From the NCBI GenBank assembly GCA_018985225.1, contig JADGIF010000242.1, positions 1 through 13,037 of the forward strand: a stretch of 13,037 nucleotides of DNA, in the 5' to 3' direction. Both the position numbers and the translations under genes were made by a program. The first letter of the stretch is position 1; every line of letters starts with the position of its first letter. Below the pieces are notes generated by a model. The model did not search any database. It had not been told where the DNA came from and saw only the letters and a program-made list of their open reading frames with translations. The DNA comes from Amoeboradix gromovi X-113 (taxonomy: Eukaryota > Fungi > Sanchytriomycota). This document shows positions 9,562-13,037 of this stretch, piece by piece.

Positions 9562-9600
9562 GAAAAAGGAGACTCTTTGTGAACTTATTTCATTATATAT

Positions 9601-10116
9601 TTATTTCTTGTAAGATTCCTTCTCAGTGTTACTTAAGCTTCTGTACTGCTCAGCAAGTGTTTTCAAAGTACTTGATGCCTTTTCGCCATCCGCATGTGTT
9701 TTTCCAAAGTTAGCTTTAATGAAGTTGTTGTAAGCAGAAGGTTTTTTGGAATTTTTTGGACTTGATGGCGATTCGAGGGAGGAATTATGAGTTGCAGGTT
9801 TATACGCGCTTTTTTCGCTTTCGGATAAAGTATTCCATTTTTGCGACAATTTAGAGAGATCTAAAGGGTCTTCCTTATTTCCCAAGCTCTTATAGTTATC
9901 TTTAACAAACAAATTATATGCGCTTGGAGTTTTTTTGACTTTTTCAGGTTCCAATTTTGCCTTTTGATTAAATTCTTCTTTCTCTTCACTTGATAGATTT
10001 TTCCATAGTCCCGCAACTTTCTTCAGAAAATCTTCTTGCCCAATTTCTTTGGCAGTTTCTCTCACAAAAAGGTTATAACCATTTATTTTTCTATAAACAA
10101 GACGCATAAGATTCAT
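9601..10116 (-). CDS. Protein with three HMG-box-like repeats (possibly an Abf2/TFAM-like nucleoid protein)
   Basis: Three repeats: INGYNLFVRE...LWKNLSSEEKEEF, TPSAYNLFVK...KWNTLSESEKSAY and KPSAYNNFIK...QYRSLSNTEKESY. Short basic N-terminus MNLMRLVYRK. Confidence 0.85.
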   Translation of the reverse strand: MNLMRLVYRKINGYNLFVRETAKEIGQEDFLKKVAGLWKNLSSEEKEEFNQKAKLEPEKVKKTPSAYNLFVKDNYKSLGNKEDPLDLSKLSQKWNTLSESEKSAYKPATHNSSLESPSSPKNSKKPSAYNNFIKANFGKTHADGEKASSTLKTLAEQYRSLSNTEKESYKK

Positions 10117-10155
10117 TTAGTAATTGTTTCAAGGAAACTTAAAAATGAACAGTTA

Positions 10156-10740
10156 TTGAAATATCATTTATCGAGAATTTTTGTGTATTTTAATATAGTT
10201 CCATGACTTTCCCAATACTTAATGTACTCGATACTCTTCATTTTCATCAATGACGAATGGGTCAAAGTGCTATAATCCTGAATATGTCAAATCTAAAGAA
10301 ATAACTAACAGGTGCAGCATACAAAGACATATGATCTTATATACTTGCCATCGTTCAATACTAGCCAAATGATAAGTAGCTTGTCGAGCAAGTCGCAAGA
10401 AATATGGCCACAATGTCCCATTACACATTCAAGGAACGCTTGAAGTTCAAGTGTAACCAAAGAGGAAAAAAGATGGTCGAATGTAATGAATCATTTACTA
10501 GTCAGACATGTACAAGGTGTGGTACTCTAAAGAAAACCAACTTAGAAACCGACACTTGTACCAATTCTCATTTGGAGATAGAGATCATATGGCAGCAAGG
10601 AACATATACATCAAGTATCTGCATCCTTGTTTAATCCCGCATAGGGGTAGTGAGAGCGTGATCAATCACCTTAGCGGGTTTACCAGAATACTAGTTTCTC
10701 TGTGGAAATTCTCGATTTTCTCGGAAATCAGAACTTTAAC
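10156..10740 (+). mobile_element. Internally deleted, frameshifted Fanzor2 (TnpB-like) element, copy 1
   Basis: ATG at 10203 (MTFPILNVLD...). After a deletion junction near 10323, with two frameshifts, it reads TYDLIYLPSFNTSQMISSLSSK/ARNMATMSHYTFKERLKFKCNQRGKKMVECNESFTSQTCTRCGTLKKTNLETDTCTNSHLEI/RDHMAARNIYIKYL. This is the RuvC-II region, the E-x-x-TS-x-TCxxCG zinc finger and RuvC-III. Confidence 0.9.
10633..10740 (+). ncRNA. Putative omegaRNA scaffold / right end of Fanzor copy 1
   Basis: Lies directly after RuvC-III. A CCCGC (10636-10640)/GCGGG (10674-10678) stem encloses TAGGGGT/ACCTTA. A terminal hairpin AAA-TTCT-C-GATTTT-ctcg-GAAATC-AGAA-C-TTT spans 10706-10737. The position is that expected for TnpB/Fanzor omegaRNAs, but expression is unknown. 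Confidence 0.45.
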
Positions 10741-10869
10741 GAGGAGTCATACTAACCCATGGCTGGTACTAAAAAGTTCAAAAAGGTGAATCTGGTCTAT
10801 TAATAGCTTTTCTTTGAAGTGTATTTGCTTTAACATGTTGATATAAAATAAATGTGGGAATGATGATTT

Positions 10870-11210
10870 AATACGCTATAGGCACTCGTAAGTCTAATGT
10901 TAAGGACCGAGTCAGTATCTCGACAAAGAAACTGATCTACAATAATGATAGAAAGCGTCAAATTACACATTCCAGAGTTTCGAGCAAAAGATATGGAATT
11001 AGCGAGGAAAAGCTTTCACTTAGAGTAAAGGTAATGACTTGCGGGGCATTTCTGCTTGACTTGTTGCTTCAAAGAATTATCGCTTCTTGTCCAAATACCC
11101 TGCCTGTCATGAAAGTTAACGTTTTTTGTTGCAGCCACCAAATTTTATTGAATAAACCATTTATTGTGGTATATCATCTCGCTTTTCATCAGTGGCAGGT
11201 GGTTCCATAT
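10870..11210 (+). pseudogene. Decayed Fanzor2-like 3' half
   Basis: NVKDRVS..KKLI (10896), LHIPEFRAKDM (to 10995), MTCG (11034), CLS* (11101), KFY* (11140) and CG (11165), in Fanzor2 order with frameshifts. Found by eye. Confidence 0.45.
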
Positions 11211-11267
11211 CGTGTCATTTTGTACAGCCACATATACAGGAATCACTAGGAGTTACAGAAGACACTC

Positions 11268-11535
11268 TTTCACGCTGAGAAACTGGTTCAGAAACGGGCT
11301 TGTGTTGCAAAGAAAACTGAGAGGCGACAGTAGAATGTATTGAGGCATTTACTAGTCTAACGTTTACAATGTCTAGCAAACTGAAAAACCAAATTTGAGA
11401 GATCTGTGCAACCTGTCACTTCGAAGTAGGTAGGGATCACAGGTGATAGAAAATGTACTTGATGTATATTAATTCTTATGCACTCGCGCTACACGTCAGT
11501 CATTAGTGTAACAGATTCGTTGGTTTTTTGGATTC
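11268..11535 (+). pseudogene. Decayed Fanzor2-like 3' half
   Basis: One frame reads FHAEKLVQKRACVAKKTERRQ*NVLRHLLV*RLQCLAN*KTKFERSVQPVTSK*. FLCTRATRQ (11473) and NR (11510) follow in other frames. Found by eye. Confidence 0.4.
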
Positions 11536-11657
11536 AGGTAACTTCATGATTTTCTAGACTCTTTAATTAGGTTAAAGATCATACAAATGCAAAAACTATT
11601 TAAATCTTTGAATTCTACATGCTTTTTTGATGAAGACAACTTGAAGTGGAATAAAAT

Positions 11658-12492
11658 TTATTTTTCAAACTTCTTCTCGCCCAATAATATCGAATCGCCA
11701 TGGGCACCTATCTTCAAGTGATCGATGTTTGTAATTTTTAATAAATTTGGAATAGAATATATAGACTTTGAGTACCTTGCAATATTAGGATACTTTGATT
11801 CAAACACAGCCCATTTCAACCTACGTTAATGAGAAAAACTTTAATCTGTTTTGCATAACATCGTCATTCGGATAGAGCCATGTCATAATGCGAATGTCTG
11901 ATTCTGTTAATACATCACCTGCTAAATATTTTGATTCCTTTAACAAGTCATCCATTTCTTTCAATGTTTTGTGAATCTCATGAACTAGCACATCATATTC
12001 TTGTTTTGACTGCACAGTACTCGTCTTGAATGCATTTCCCCCTAAAGTTCCTGTTAAAGCATTTGCCGCTTCCATTCTGGTCTTCAGATCAGAAGGAAAT
12101 AGTTCCGGACCTGTCCCAATATCATTGAAAACACGAATAAGATCAATAGACTCATTATTCACAATCTTACGAGTTTTTGTGTCGTATAAAACAGGTACAG
12201 AGATAACACCGTTGTATTCTGGATCAGATTCCAAATAATACTCCTTGAGTGTCTTTCTTCCGTATTTGTCTGGAGTAGTGAGTTCAAATGAAGAACTGCT
12301 ATCGAATTTCCATCCGCCTTCTGGTAGCTTAACTGGGTGAACAACTTGCAGTGGGATAGAATCTACTAGGTTTTTGATAAATCTTGTAGCAGATGCTCTA
12401 GCCGCGAATGGGCAGTTCAAAGATACGATAAGTAAGTATCTACCTGTCTCGAAATCACTTTTTTGTACAATGTTTTTAAAACTTTTACCCAT
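11658..12492 (-). CDS. Glutathione S-transferase, Ecm4/YqjG (glutathionyl-hydroquinone reductase) type. Exons 12492-11840 and 11820-11658, 271 aa.
   Basis: Contains GRYLLIVSLNCPFA, GWKF, LKEYYLESDPEYNGVISVPVLYDTKTRKIVNNESIDLIR and YLAGDVLTESDIR. Removing 19 nt (11839-11821) gives LKLKWAVFESKYPNIARYSKSIYSIPNLLKITNIDHLKIG..., the expected C-terminus. Spliced length is 816 nt. Confidence 0.92.
11821..11839 (-). other. 19-nt spliceosomal intron in the GST gene (GTTTTTCTCATTAACGTAG)
   Basis: GT..AG ends, TTAAC branch-like motif at the same offset as in the VTC4 intron, and an in-frame TAG. Its removal restores YPN..Y...Y..P.....N.DH.K. Confidence 0.85.
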
Positions 12493-12521
12493 CAGTAACA
12501 AGGAGCAGCTCGATTATTTTC

Positions 12522-12973
12522 TTGAATAAATCATTTATCGCGAATTTTTATGCATTTTTATATAGCTCCATGACTTTTCCAATACCTAAAATACTCGATG
12601 TTCTTCCTTTTCACAAATGGCAAATGGAATCAATGGATAATCCCGAATATGTCAAATCTAAAGAAATAACTAACAGGTACAGCATACATTCGTCTCAGAC
12701 TGATAAGCTGGTCCAAACATGGAAGAATTAGATGTCTTTCAAACCCTAGAAGAAATGAACAATAAATAAACCTGTATACTATTTATTTAACAATTCTTGC
12801 GATTGGTCTTAACAAATATACGAGAATAGAGACCATATGGCAGCAAGGAACATATACATCAAGTATCTGCATCCTTATTCAATCCCGCCTGAAGGTACTG
12901 AAAGTGTTAGTATTGCCTTACTTAAACGCCTACGCTAAATGTGAAGAATTCGAAAATCAAGAAGATTTCAAAC
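12522..12973 (+). mobile_element. Internally deleted Fanzor2 element, copy 2 (same family as copy 1)
   Basis: 12522-12688 aligns to 10156-10323 and 12826-12920 aligns to 10578-10673, including a 43-nt exact match (12834-12876 = 10586-10628). ATG at 12570 gives MTFPIPKILDVLPFHKWQMESMDNPEYVKSKEITNRYSIHSSQTDKLVQTWK, followed by frameshifted IR...LFNN..RLV(Y)NK and then RDHMAARNIYIKYL. Confidence 0.85.
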
Positions 12974-13037
12974 CCCACACTTGTCAAGTGTAGACAACTT
13001 GGGGAGATACCATTTGAGCATGTTCTTGCCTACATTA

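Noticed and set aside
9562-9600. Single six-box HMG gene joined by an intron
   Set aside because: There is no GT donor immediately before the TAA at 9603-9601 that would give a 19-nt-type intron, and the second ORF has its own ATG.
733-10116. Mating-type locus (homeodomain plus HMG genes)
   Set aside because: The HMG proteins are multi-box, non-sequence-specific type. The genes are over 7 kb apart with housekeeping genes between them, and no typical MAT-flanking genes are seen.
10741-10765. Putative guide flank resembling the VTC4 intron region (ACCCATGGCT, 3836-3845)
   Set aside because: Only a 10-nt match, not starting at the inferred element end, and compatible with chance.
535-12344. 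Short track ORFs (535-717, 1138-1326, 1359-1553, 1784-1966, 2291-2683, 2752-2949, 3563-3748, 4743-4961, 5526-5717, 6301-6501, 6903-7139, 8427-8669, 11034-11249, 12026-12238, 12159-12344)
   Set aside because: They are antisense or out-of-frame shadows of real genes, or lie in decayed element DNA. They have no recognisable domains and many have non-ATG starts.
12977-12991. Palindrome ACACTTG-T-CAAGTGT just past copy 2, and TTTAGAC/GTCTAAA at 1632-1654
   Set aside because: Isolated 7-bp inverted repeats with no second copy or supporting context in the window.
1-13037. CRISPR array, tRNA, rRNA or spliceosomal snRNA genes
   Set aside because: No regularly spaced direct repeats or recognisable conserved RNA signatures were seen by eye.

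Overview
AT-rich, very gene-dense eukaryotic nuclear DNA in the standard genetic code. The gene set (VTC4, Ecm4-type GST, Ivy1-like I-BAR, Mis18-like, mL54, CAR-family GPCR) suggests a compact early-diverging fungus or relative; this is an inference. About ten host genes are supported. Two main observations stand out. (1) VTC4 and the GST each need an identical-length 19-nt GT-AG intron (GT-N8-YTAAY-GTAG) to restore their conserved C-termini, which is extremely small for a spliceosomal intron. (2) The intergenic DNA appears to be largely decayed Fanzor2 (TnpB-like RNA-guided nuclease) sequence. Two recent, complementary deletion copies of one element (10156-10740, 12522-12973) are clear and carry 3' hairpins compatible with an omegaRNA. 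By-eye frameshifted translation suggests further, older Fanzor-like fragments in most other gaps, all on the + strand. The older fragments were found by eye only and need profile-search confirmation.
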